From assembly GCA_018992685.1 (NCBI GenBank), contig JACVGT010000002.1, positions 1 to 64,000 on the forward strand: a stretch of DNA of 64,000 nt. Reading direction: 5' to 3'. Below, piece by piece: positions 10,089 through 20,044 of this stretch. The position numbers were made by a program, and so were the translations under genes. Position 1 is the stretch's first letter. Each line of letters begins with the position of its first letter. The notes under the pieces are model-generated. The model worked only from the letters and a program-made list of their open reading frames with translations. It ran no database searches and was not told the origin of the DNA. The DNA comes from Theionarchaea archaeon (lineage in GTDB: Archaea > Methanobacteriota_B > Thermococci > Methanofastidiosales > SZ-28-30).

Positions 10089-10984
10089 CTGTGCCTCCTC
10101 CACAGAAATACACCTATACCTGCTCCTATGATCACCAGGATGAAAATGCCATACTGTGGGAGGATTCTGTGTTGCAGATCCTTTGAAAGGCTGTATTCCA
10201 CTTCCATAGGATTTCCCGCGATAATCTCATCTCCTATTACAATCAGGGCACTCCATGTTCCTTTTTCATCGAAGGAGAAGGTGGCTTCACTGGGTAGTGA
10301 GTAGGTTTTTCCTGAAGGGGATACCAGGACGAATCCCAGTTCTGTGGGTTCTTCTCCCTCTGCAAATGTCACTGCAAGAGGGGTGGGTTCATGCTGGTAG
10401 ACCTGAGCTGGGACATTGATGAGTAATGGCGTGTCAAAGGGACGAACTGCTGTGGCTTTTGTTTCTTCCAATTCTTGTACCGTCTTTGTCAGTTCCCGCG
10501 GTTTCTCTGGAGTAACTTCTGCCTCTGGGGGTCTGATGGAACCTGCCTCCTCTGTCACAATAAGAGTAAGGTTATACGCCGCAGACATGGCCAGTTGGGC
10601 CATTGCTGAACCAGGAGCAGGTGCTGTCTGGGTTGGAAGGAGGGTAGGCCTGAAAGCAATCTCATACTCCCCCTGGTACCCGGATTCTGCATAGACAGAG
10701 AACTGGATTACCCGGGTTTCCCCGGGAGGGAGGGTGAATACTGACGTGTCCACAGTGATCCAGTCCAGAACATCCTTATACGGGGCACTGACTGAAATCA
10801 CGAAAACTCTCTCTTCAGTCCCCTTGTTGTATACCCTGAATTGATTCTGGTAGACGAAAGGGAAGGAATCAATGACTAGCTCTTCCACCACAGGCGTAGA
10901 TAACCCAATGCCAGGCTGCCCAGCCCCCGAAGGAACAATCAGGAACAGACAGCACAGGATAATAACCCAATGCATGACCACCAT
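10085..10984 (-). CDS. Secreted, C-terminally membrane-anchored Ig/PapD-like protein
   Basis: Signal peptide, VYNKG...FTLPPGETRVIQFSV, C-terminal TM + RRHR. Confidence 0.65.
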   Translation of the reverse strand: MVVMHWVIILCCLFLIVPSGAGQPGIGLSTPVVEELVIDSFPFVYQNQFRVYNKGTEERVFVISVSAPYKDVLDWITVDTSVFTLPPGETRVIQFSVYAESGYQGEYEIAFRPTLLPTQTAPAPGSAMAQLAMSAAYNLTLIVTEEAGSIRPPEAEVTPEKPRELTKTVQELEETKATAVRPFDTPLLINVPAQVYQHEPTPLAVTFAEGEEPTELGFVLVSPSGKTYSLPSEATFSFDEKGTWSALIVIGDEIIAGNPMEVEYSLSKDLQHRILPQYGIFILVIIGAGIGVFLWRRHR

Positions 10985-11036
10985 TTGTGTGAGAAATTAT
11001 AAAGGTTTTCATCCCTGCATGTCAGCCACCCAGGAG

Positions 11037-14000
11037 CTACGCGGGAGAAACAGACTCCTGTACTACCACAGGATGGGACACAGTTCTCTCGAAAATTTCG
11101 GGGGCATCCACGGTGCTTCCATCCACATGGATGACCTCCTGGTTCATCAACAGTATATACCCATTTTTTGCATGAGAAAACCCAAGTCTCTCCAGAATGG
11201 AACTGATTTCTGATTCCTCCACAGGAACTTCATTGAAGGAAGCAAATCGCAGTGCTCTGAACTTCTTCTGGACTGCGCTCTTCCTGCCATACTCTATCAC
11301 TTTGTACAGGAGGGATATCATCTCCTCTCTTGTGACAGTCTGGAGGAGGCTCATTTCTATATTAAAATATCTCTCAGGGTAGTTCTTGCTGGTTAAGATG
11401 CTTACAGGACGCCCCCTCTTAATGATGATGTGATTGGCCACGGCTACGGCATGTTTTACAGGGTTATCTCCATTTTCTATGGGGATGAGCTTTCCATATA
11501 GGTTGGCAGGGTCTTTCATGCATAAGATGACGTACTGATCATCAAAGGTTATGTTGCGAAGCATGTCCACAGCTTCAGGTGTGGCATACTGCATACCATC
11601 CACCTCCTCAATGAATCGCCCCTCTCTCACTTCACCTCGCAACATGAGGACCTTGACAGCCTGGGAGAAATCTTGAGGTGAGACTGCTTCCCTATTCACT
11701 TTGAGGAGATCTCTTGTGACAATGCCATACCGGGTGAAGATCTGCCTCACCTTGTCCAGAGAAGATGACGGTACTGGCCTCTTAACCAGTGACCACCTGC
11801 CTTTATCCACCCGGATTCTTTTCTTCCTGATATTCCTGGATATGATGTCATCTGACACATCCTCCGGAGTGTGGGTCAAATCCCAGGCAGCAGACATCCC
11901 AGAGATGATCACTGATTCTCGAACTGATTCGTAGGAGTCATTCTCCACAATTCCCAGCTGGAACAGGCGCAGGAGGGCACGCATCACCCGAGTCCGTTCC
12001 ATTTGAGCGCCAGTGACAATCCCCTCCAAAGAGAGAGAAGGCCATATACCTAAGATCTCAATGATCTCGTCACACTCTTTTTTCAAGTCTTCATAATACT
12101 CTTCCTGTATCACGCCGTTCACCACGAAGTTCGCATCTTCTGTGCAGTATAACTGAATAATACCTCTGTTTGGCAAATTGTATCGTTCGTGAGGAGGTAG
12201 TTCATTGAATCGTCCGAAAGATATCCTCTTTTCATTGACGAGTTCGTTGAGGTACTTTTTCCTGTAGTCTCGTACCCTGCTGCTCAAGAGGTATCGTTCC
12301 CAGCACGTGATGTGTTCTTCCCAGGTTTCGAGCTTCTTTACTGCCTGGATTACTCCTTCCTTGCCCTGAAGGTTGGTCTGAGGATGGACGTTCTGCCACT
12401 TGAGCATGAAATCCACATACCGATCTGCAGAAAGTGGTTTTACCTGCTCTCTCAGTGAATAGAGACTCCTTCGGTGAAGCTCTTCCAGGGTACGTCTCCA
12501 GCACCACTGAGGAGTGTCTTTGCTGGCCATGAAGGACCCATGAGTTATAACTCCTTCCTCTTCCAGAGTGTCCACCAGCGTAGTTGTACCTTCAGAGGAC
12601 AGACCGTACCGTTCCATGAGCTCGTACTTGGCCACAGGACCACGTCGGCTGAAAAATGTCTTCATGATGGCCAGGCAGGACTGGAGCCTGTCTTTATCAG
12701 TTCTCATGTCCTCTGGAATCCATTCTTCAGGCTTTTCCTCAATTCTCCCCTTCTTCAGGACACCCACTGTGTGAAATGAATGGCGTGTGGCCAATCCAGG
12801 TCCTCCCTTGGCATGTCTTGCAAAAGCAGCTCTATACAGACTGTACAGTTCTGTGGGAATCCAGCGTTCTTCAGGTACCCCAAACGGTATCCACACTTTG
12901 ATGACTCGTTTCTGGTCACATAGTGTCTCCAGGAGCTGGAAACAATCCCCCTTCACTCTCCTTTCAATTTCCTCTGTAGTCAAGTCTCCCAGGGTTTGCA
13001 GGATTCTCGCAAGTTCGTCTGTGGATCTGGCCTTCTGATGTTCTAGGAGGAGCTGGAGTTCCTGTTCCACCCGGATAACTTCTTTTTCCACGAGTAAGCT
13101 TTCAATCAGGTCCTCATCAATCAGCTGTTTCAAGACCTGACGATGCAGATGAATTAATCGCAGCTTTCGTTCCTCGTTGGAGATCTGACCAAAATCACCA
13201 AACTGACCTACCAAGAGCAACTGGTGGATGAAAGGGGAAGGAATTCGTGATTCACAGAACGTAATTCTCAGTTCCTTTCTTGCTATTCCATTGAGAATTT
13301 CCATCAAATGGGGAAGATCAAAGGCTTCTTCTACACTTTCTCGAAGAGCTTCCTTCACTATGGGAAATTCTCTATCTGATCTAACTTCTTCCAGCAGATC
13401 GGCTGCCCTCAAGCTCTGGAGCCAGACGGGAACTCTCTTTCCCGAATATTCCCGTAAGATGAGGAACGATCTCACTGCACAGTGACGAAATCGCGAAGAA
13501 AATACTGGAGAATCCATAATAATCTTGTCAATGTTCTCCTCCATGAATTCGGGAGTGACCAACTGAACTATATCTTCCGGGCTGGCTGTTACCCCCTCAG
13601 GCAGAGTGAGCAGGATTCCATCATCCACTGTAGCCATCCCAGCCCTGACCTCATATAGGGTTTCTGCAGCCTTAACCAGCGCATATCCCCAGATATCATT
13701 GAGCCGCACGCCAAAGGGAGAATGCACCGCAATTTGCTGGTGTCCCAGTTCATTGCTAAAGGATTCCACCACAATATTCACGTCAGAGGGAATAACTCCG
13801 AGCATCATTGACTGCTCTCTGTAGTATTTGGCCACAGCTGCAGCGCCATCTGCATCCAGCATGTACTCAGACATCAACCAGCCTTCAACATCATTTTCGG
13901 TGAGGATTTCCTTCTCCATTTTTCGCCTGAATTCTCCCACCAGCACACCCAAATCATACGTTCGAGATGGCCGCACTCCTCCCCAGTAGGGGATGGTTGG

Positions 14001-15686
14001 TGGCACTCCTGCCACGTTCTGAACCAGAACCTTTTTCTTGTCCAGTCCCACCATCTGCCAGGCCTGAGATCCCAGAATAAACACATCTCCGGGGCGGATA
14101 CGTTCCACAAATCCTTCGTCCAGAGTTCCAATCTTGGATTTTCCCTGATAAACATCATAGTTTGAGACATCAGGGATAGCTCCTCCACAGCGGAATGCAA
14201 TGTTCCGGGACCCTCGACTACCCGTGAGTCTCCTGTTTACTCTGTCATAGAAGATTTTGGGGTAGATATTCCTGGAAATCTGGGATGAGAGCATGGTAAG
14301 AGTCTTCTCAAAGTCCTCTCTGGACAGGGTGTGATAGCAGTATGACTGGGTTATCAGTGCATAGAGTTCCTCAGGGTTCCAGTCATCTGCTGCAACGCAG
14401 GCCACAATCTGCTGGGCGAGAATGTCCAATGCATTGAAGGGAATGACAGTTGTGTCAATGATGCCGTCAGATATTCCTCTTACCAGAACAGCAGACTCCA
14501 CGAGGTCATCCGGATCTGTGGCCACAATTCTCCCCTTGCTGGTTTCTTTGAGCAGGTGCCCTGCTCTTCCAATGCGCTGCATACCGCTGGACAAAGATTT
14601 TGGGCTCTCCAAACTGCATACAAGGTCAATTGACCCAATATCTATGCCCAATTCCAGAGAAGAGGTGGCAATCACGGCGTCCAGCTCATTGTGCTTGAGC
14701 TGGTTCTCGATAGTGTGACGAATGGTTCGGGACATGGATCCGTGATGACTTCCTATCCTGAGTGCTTCTTCTTCTGCCAATTCTCGTAGCTGAAGTGTCA
14801 TGTGTTCTGTTCTATACCGGGAGTTGGCGAAAATAAGCGTTGTTTCATGAGCTTTGATCATGCTCAGCAGTTTGAGGTAGGCTGCATTCCATACCACGTC
14901 GTTCTTGGCATCCAACAGGTTATCCACAGGCGAAATGACCTGCAGATCCAGGTTCTTTCTGGCCCCTGCGTTGACAATGGCACATTTCCTGGGAATGCCT
15001 TGTTCCATTCCCACGAGGAATTTCGCAATTTCTTCCACGGGGGATTGTGTGGCAGACAGTCCGATCCGCACAGGATTCCTGTTGAGTAGATGGACCAACC
15101 GTTCCAACGACACAGACAACTGAACTCCCCTCTTGGACCCAGCCAGTGCGTGGATTTCGTCTACAATAACGTATCTGATGTTTTTCAGATGTTTTCTGAA
15201 TTTGGCAGTGGTCAGTGTAATATACAATGTCTCAGGGGTAGTTATGAGAATGTGGGGTGGTTTTCTTGCCATTTTTGCCCGTTCTGCACTGGTCGTATCC
15301 CCTGTTCTGACCCGTGATCTAATGGGCTGGCAGTGGACATTCTTCTTCTTGAGAATACCATGAATGCCACGAAGAGGCTGATACAGATTCTTGTGAATGT
15401 CATTACTCAAAGCACGTAGGGGGGACACATACAGGACATAGATGGTGTCCTCCAGTTGCTGAGAAACGGATAACTTGAAGAGTTCATTGATGCAGAACAA
15501 AAAGGCTGCCAAGGTCTTCCCCGACCCAGTGGGAGAGAAGATCAAAGTATTCTCACCGCTGGCAATCAAAGGCCAGGCCTCTCGCTGGGGAAGGGTTAAC
15601 CTGTCAAAGGTAGATACCATCCACTCTTCCACATAGTCCTCAAAGAGTTTCATGGTCTCCTGATCCTTTTTTGTGAACTCGCTCAT
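11037..15686 (-). CDS. lhr: Lhr-family SF2 helicase, long form with C-terminal winged-helix extension
   Basis: SPTGSGKT, DEIH, GLSAT, SSLELGIDIG, QRIGRAGH, distal DPANLYG. Start set at ATG 15686, downstream of a TATA box at about 15711-15719. Confidence 0.9.
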   Translation of the reverse strand: MSEFTKKDQETMKLFEDYVEEWMVSTFDRLTLPQREAWPLIASGENTLIFSPTGSGKTLAAFLFCINELFKLSVSQQLEDTIYVLYVSPLRALSNDIHKNLYQPLRGIHGILKKKNVHCQPIRSRVRTGDTTSAERAKMARKPPHILITTPETLYITLTTAKFRKHLKNIRYVIVDEIHALAGSKRGVQLSVSLERLVHLLNRNPVRIGLSATQSPVEEIAKFLVGMEQGIPRKCAIVNAGARKNLDLQVISPVDNLLDAKNDVVWNAAYLKLLSMIKAHETTLIFANSRYRTEHMTLQLRELAEEEALRIGSHHGSMSRTIRHTIENQLKHNELDAVIATSSLELGIDIGSIDLVCSLESPKSLSSGMQRIGRAGHLLKETSKGRIVATDPDDLVESAVLVRGISDGIIDTTVIPFNALDILAQQIVACVAADDWNPEELYALITQSYCYHTLSREDFEKTLTMLSSQISRNIYPKIFYDRVNRRLTGSRGSRNIAFRCGGAIPDVSNYDVYQGKSKIGTLDEGFVERIRPGDVFILGSQAWQMVGLDKKKVLVQNVAGVPPTIPYWGGVRPSRTYDLGVLVGEFRRKMEKEILTENDVEGWLMSEYMLDADGAAAVAKYYREQSMMLGVIPSDVNIVVESFSNELGHQQIAVHSPFGVRLNDIWGYALVKAAETLYEVRAGMATVDDGILLTLPEGVTASPEDIVQLVTPEFMEENIDKIIMDSPVFSSRFRHCAVRSFLILREYSGKRVPVWLQSLRAADLLEEVRSDREFPIVKEALRESVEEAFDLPHLMEILNGIARKELRITFCESRIPSPFIHQLLLVGQFGDFGQISNEERKLRLIHLHRQVLKQLIDEDLIESLLVEKEVIRVEQELQLLLEHQKARSTDELARILQTLGDLTTEEIERRVKGDCFQLLETLCDQKRVIKVWIPFGVPEERWIPTELYSLYRAAFARHAKGGPGLATRHSFHTVGVLKKGRIEEKPEEWIPEDMRTDKDRLQSCLAIMKTFFSRRGPVAKYELMERYGLSSEGTTTLVDTLEEEGVITHGSFMASKDTPQWCWRRTLEELHRRSLYSLREQVKPLSADRYVDFMLKWQNVHPQTNLQGKEGVIQAVKKLETWEEHITCWERYLLSSRVRDYRKKYLNELVNEKRISFGRFNELPPHERYNLPNRGIIQLYCTEDANFVVNGVIQEEYYEDLKKECDEIIEILGIWPSLSLEGIVTGAQMERTRVMRALLRLFQLGIVENDSYESVRESVIISGMSAAWDLTHTPEDVSDDIISRNIRKKRIRVDKGRWSLVKRPVPSSSLDKVRQIFTRYGIVTRDLLKVNREAVSPQDFSQAVKVLMLRGEVREGRFIEEVDGMQYATPEAVDMLRNITFDDQYVILCMKDPANLYGKLIPIENGDNPVKHAVAVANHIIIKRGRPVSILTSKNYPERYFNIEMSLLQTVTREEMISLLYKVIEYGRKSAVQKKFRALRFASFNEVPVEESEISSILERLGFSHAKNGYILLMNQEVIHVDGSTVDAPEIFERTVSHPVVVQESVSPA

Positions 15687-15938
15687 AACTATTACCCTTT
15701 TCCAGGGGGTTTTTATATCTTTCTGTTCTTGTTCTTCCAAGAGAGATGAGTCCAGAGATTACAGGGCAAGATGTTTGGAATCAGGCTATCCACCACGTTT
15801 CAGGCAGAGGCTCTGAATTCGAGAGGTGGAAGGAGAAGTACGTTCAAGAGGACACTTTTCGGGAAAATCAAAGAATGACTAAATTCGGCAATAATGAGTC
15901 TCTGAAGGTAAAAAGAAAAAAAGAAAAGAGTATTCTGC

Positions 15939-16560
15939 TTATCTCCGCTTGAGTGCTACACCCAGCAATACGAGAGCAGATACAAAGGCAGTTCCAAGGC
16001 AGGTACCGCCACACTCACAACCACAATCTCCATCAGCTGGTGGAGACACACTGGGGTTGCTGATAATCTGCTGTACCGCAGCGTATGCATCTACACGACC
16101 CCATCCCCACAGGCAGTCTTTGTTGACATTGCCCTTGTCGATGGCAGTTGCACCCATGCAGTTCTTGACCTGCAATGGGGTGGCTGTACCACGGGCGTCC
16201 AGCATCAAGGCAGCAACACCTGCAATGTGCGGTGTGGCCATTGATGTACCAGACATTGAAACATCACTGCATGAGGTTCCGGAATCGGCAGCGTAGATAT
16301 ATACACCGGGAGCTGTGATATCGGGCTTTATTCTGTCGTCAGTAGTAGGACCTCTGGAAGAGAAGCTGGCAAGAGCATCTGACTTGTCAGAAGCACCAAC
16401 AGTGATGACATCTGTTGCATCACCAGGTGTGCTAATGGTGCAGCATGCTGAACCATCATTTCCAGCAGCACATACGACGACAACACCCTGACCTACAGCC
16501 CAGTTGCACTCCTTAGCCAATGCGCTAGTACCGTCGCCACCGCTTCCACCTAAAGACAGT
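15939..16560. repeat. Near-identical direct repeat, copy A (3' part of S8 gene 1)
   Basis: Matches 22020-22641 almost base for base, offset 6081. Confidence 0.9.
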
Positions 16561-17495
16561 GACTCCACATCTGCTCCCTGGGCAACTCCGAAGTCAATAC
16601 CCTGGATGATAGCACTGTCAGTGCATTGTCCGCCAGAAGTACATACTTTGGCCATCATGAGGTCTGCACCAGGTGCAACACCCTCAGGACTGTCTTCGCC
16701 AGCGGCAATGGATGAGCAGTGGGTACCGTGTCCATGGTCATCGTAAGGTGTGGATTGACTGTTGACGTAGTCTGCCCAGGCAATGATCTTCCCAGAGGGG
16801 AAGTCACAGTGGTTGGGGTCAATACCAGTGTCGATGATACATATTTTAATTCCAGTACCATCGTATCCAGCATACCAGCAGTCATCTGCGTTGATCAGCG
16901 GGATACTGTCAGATAAGGTGACGTAGGCGACACCGTCAGCTTCTACGAACTCAACCTCAGCGACCTCAGACAGAGCTTTGATGTTGGACACACGAATGTC
17001 CACAACAGCACCCATGCCACTGAGGAAGTTGTAGTAGACACTGCCGAATTTTTCCAGTTTGCTGGCAGCGTTGGGATTCTTGAACCATACTAGAGTTCTT
17101 ACAATGTCGTTTCCGTTCATGCCATTGATCTGGTCCTTGATTGACCACTTCATTTTGGCCACGTTGTTCGGTACGACGGCGACATATTCGTTAGAACCTA
17201 CTTCAGTTAAGTAGGCCATTGGTATCATGAAATCGGTATCACTGATCTGGACAATGGGAAGGTATTCTACATTGATTTCCTTCGTCACTCTGTTCAGAAC
17301 ACCAGAGCCAACCGATATGTACAGGAAGTCAGAATCTTCCCCTGTAATATCCATGTTGAGCTTCAGCAGGTCTCTTCCCTCGTATCCAAAAGTCTGGACG
17401 TGAATTACTCCCTTGGTGGGCTTAGCACTCACGGCAACTAGTGAGAAAACAAGCATACTTATTGTGGCAAGCACGAAGATCTTTCGACTCTTCAT
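15939..17495 (-). CDS. Secreted subtilisin-like S8 protease, copy 1, with CLGT-TM-basic tail
   Basis: Triad IIDTG / HGHGTH / GTSMATPH; signal peptide; GGAGGTGA RBS before ATG 17495. Confidence 0.93.
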   Translation of the reverse strand: MKSRKIFVLATISMLVFSLVAVSAKPTKGVIHVQTFGYEGRDLLKLNMDITGEDSDFLYISVGSGVLNRVTKEINVEYLPIVQISDTDFMIPMAYLTEVGSNEYVAVVPNNVAKMKWSIKDQINGMNGNDIVRTLVWFKNPNAASKLEKFGSVYYNFLSGMGAVVDIRVSNIKALSEVAEVEFVEADGVAYVTLSDSIPLINADDCWYAGYDGTGIKICIIDTGIDPNHCDFPSGKIIAWADYVNSQSTPYDDHGHGTHCSSIAAGEDSPEGVAPGADLMMAKVCTSGGQCTDSAIIQGIDFGVAQGADVESLSLGGSGGDGTSALAKECNWAVGQGVVVVCAAGNDGSACCTISTPGDATDVITVGASDKSDALASFSSRGPTTDDRIKPDITAPGVYIYAADSGTSCSDVSMSGTSMATPHIAGVAALMLDARGTATPLQVKNCMGATAIDKGNVNKDCLWGWGRVDAYAAVQQIISNPSVSPPADGDCGCECGGTCLGTAFVSALVLLGVALKRR

Positions 17496-17562
17496 TTCTT
17501 CACCTCCTTTTTCCTTGTTATGCAGCTGCACAAGGCAGGCACACATTTCTGTTTGCCCTCAT

Positions 17563-17584
17563 GTATATAAATTTTTCGGTTAGA
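17563..17584 (-). promoter_or_regulatory. Archaeal BRE+TATA promoter of S8 copy 1
   Basis: Minus strand CTAACCGAAAAATTTATATAC; almost the same string lies upstream of copy 2. Confidence 0.75.
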
Positions 17585-17747
17585 CAATTGTCTAGTAGGT
17601 GATATTATAAGAAAAGGAGAAATATTTCTGACCTTCTAGGATTATGTACATTATCCCATGATAAGAAATAAGAATGAGAGCCGCTTTTCTATTGGGCAAT
17701 AACTGGATCGAGATTGCACATTCACTACAATCTGGGCGTGTGAACTC

Positions 17748-18983
17748 TCACCGAACTACCCACGACACGATGAGGACAATCAGGAAGGTCACAGCAGTCA
17801 GTATTCCAAAGAAAACCAGAACGGCAAAGAAGATCAGTGCACTCATTTGCGGGCTGCTCAGAGGATTGGAAAGGAATGCAAGGAGTAAAGCAGGAACCAC
17901 AAGATACTCATAGTCTTTGAGCCAGGACTCGACTCTGGTACCCCATCGTTCACTGTCCATTCTCACAGTGTTTATCATGAGAACACTTCCCGTATATCCC
18001 AGGAGAAGACCGAAGGCTGTGTAGCTATACGTGATGACCTGCAACTGGAATGCGCTGAGAGCTCCAGCATCCAGGATTCCAAGAAAATCAGCAATGTTCA
18101 GCCCAAAAAACATGAATATCTGGGGAAGCAGTCCAGGGACGTAGAACTTCCAGGTGTGCAGCTTCTCGAAAAGGGTTTTCTCGAAGAGGAGGAAAGCAAT
18201 GAATACTCCCAGGAATATGCCAGTGCACCCCGAACAGGTTACAAATTGCTTTCCTGCAAAGAAATAGGAAGAGGCTCCCCACTGGTCACAGAACACTCCA
18301 CCGAACCTGAACAGGTATTTGTACAATGCTTCTGTCCATTCAGGTGCTGTCACAATCCATGACGGCATTGAGGTCATATTACTGTATACCAGAACGTCCC
18401 AGATGACATGACTTATGGCAGGGGCCAGCAGATTCCGTATCTTCTCCATTTCTATGCTCAAGATCACTGATCCGATGCAACTGATGACCACAATCTCGGC
18501 CAAGGACAGGGGGGAACGCAGGGAATAGAATACTGACACTTTGTACAGTCCAAACAGTGCCGTAACAATGATGACCTTGCTCACAAATCCAAAGCTCTCG
18601 GACAGTTTCCCCTGAAGATATCCTCTGAAGAAGAACTCTTCCGCAGCAGCTACCACTGTAACAGCAGCCACAATAGATGCATTAAAAGCAATGGTGGACA
18701 GACTCAGTCTCTCATAGACTACATATATGAGGAACATTGCCAGTCCAAGCACCAATCCCACTCCAATGTTCAGGGGCAAATCCTGATTCTTGAGTTGAAA
18801 GTCGTCAAACCCTCTTAGGGTACTGCTCCACACATATAGGACACCCAAGAATAGTGCAATTGACACCAGTTGTGCCCAGCTATCTCCGGTGTAGTACAGA
18901 TAGATGACGGCGCACAGGCCGAGGGTGGCTATGATAGCCTGATTCGAAATCGAAATTGAACGTATCTTTTCAGTCACATTCAT
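17748..18983 (-). CDS. CPBP (CaaX/Rce1/Abi-type) intramembrane glutamic protease domain fused to a DUF2085-like membrane domain
   Basis: EEFFFRGYL and SHVIWD motifs; motif 2 reads FGLYK rather than FxxxH. FCDQ...SYFFAGKQFVTCSGCTGIFLG resembles the DUF2085 signature. ATGA overlap with the UbiA stop codon. Confidence 0.8.
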   Translation of the reverse strand: MNVTEKIRSISISNQAIIATLGLCAVIYLYYTGDSWAQLVSIALFLGVLYVWSSTLRGFDDFQLKNQDLPLNIGVGLVLGLAMFLIYVVYERLSLSTIAFNASIVAAVTVVAAAEEFFFRGYLQGKLSESFGFVSKVIIVTALFGLYKVSVFYSLRSPLSLAEIVVISCIGSVILSIEMEKIRNLLAPAISHVIWDVLVYSNMTSMPSWIVTAPEWTEALYKYLFRFGGVFCDQWGASSYFFAGKQFVTCSGCTGIFLGVFIAFLLFEKTLFEKLHTWKFYVPGLLPQIFMFFGLNIADFLGILDAGALSAFQLQVITYSYTAFGLLLGYTGSVLMINTVRMDSERWGTRVESWLKDYEYLVVPALLLAFLSNPLSSPQMSALIFFAVLVFFGILTAVTFLIVLIVSWVVR

Positions 18984-19840
18984 GATATTCCTCCTGCATA
19001 GGTGATTCCTGAGAGCAGAATGCTTGCTGTGCAAAAAAAGAAGCAGTTTATATAAGCTTTTTCATAAGAGTTGGTGTTGCCCATGAGTATGTGGATGTAG
19101 GCCATCCAGGGCACCAGGCCCAGATATACGAGGAACCATGGAGAGAATAACCCTGCAACAGCCAGTATTGGAAATCCCACCACAGGCACAGCAAGGCCCC
19201 CCATGACCACAGCGCGCGATGTGTTGATCCCCATGGTGAGAGGAACAGTGTCCACGTCAAGAGCGTCATCACCTTTGAGATCAATGAAATCTTTGCTGAT
19301 ACTGGCCCCTGCGGTTTGTGCAGTGAGAAGGGCAGCAATGATCATAATATCAGAATTCAGTGAGGAGTAGATGTCAAACCCACCGACGAGAGGTATCAAA
19401 ACATACCCAGCTGCAATTGCCAGCGGTGCAGCCGCACCACGTGCCTTTATGCGGGTTGGCCGGATGGAGTAGGTTGTTGCCAAGATGAGACCTGCTATCA
19501 CAAAGAGGGAACGGGTCAGGTCGAGGAACACTATTGACAAGAGGAGACCGCCCACAAAAAGGAATGCGGAAAAGTATAAAACTGTCTCTTTCTTTACGAT
19601 GCCTTTGGGTATTGCCCTATCAGGACGTGTAATCCTGTCGATTCTGTAATCTGTGTATGCATTGAGGCTGTTGGCGTACCCCAGTATGAACACAGGGAAT
19701 AAAACGGCAATAAAGACAATGTCCTGGAGAGGAGGTATTCCCCGTAACGCAATCATCATTCCGGCCAGGATCGTGACGATTACAGAAACCCAGGTCATAG
19801 GGCGCATGGTTCGAATAAGTGCGACTGCTTTCGTAATCAT
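18980..19840 (-). CDS. UbiA-family prenyltransferase, DGGGP-synthase-like
   Basis: RTMRP, NAYTDYRIDRITRPDRAIPKG, KDFIDLKGD...TVP. Start ATG 19840 (or 19864); BRE/TATA CGAAAACCTTTTAT at about 19863-19876. Confidence 0.88.
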   Translation of the reverse strand: MITKAVALIRTMRPMTWVSVIVTILAGMMIALRGIPPLQDIVFIAVLFPVFILGYANSLNAYTDYRIDRITRPDRAIPKGIVKKETVLYFSAFLFVGGLLLSIVFLDLTRSLFVIAGLILATTYSIRPTRIKARGAAAPLAIAAGYVLIPLVGGFDIYSSLNSDIMIIAALLTAQTAGASISKDFIDLKGDDALDVDTVPLTMGINTSRAVVMGGLAVPVVGFPILAVAGLFSPWFLVYLGLVPWMAYIHILMGNTNSYEKAYINCFFFCTASILLSGITYAGGIS

Positions 19841-20044
19841 GCTATGTGGAACCCCAGCCTCCATAAAAGGTTTTCGATATGAAAGAGATTGACCCAGGTG
19901 TGTGATAGTATATAAGAGGTACGTGATTTGATGACTGGTACTTTCTAACTTCTGAAGAAGAAGACCATGAATACCCGAAAAATCTTCAGGCTAGATTCGG
20001 GAAAGGTAGGAGAAAAAGAAAAAGGAAATAAGAGAGAAGTTGAC

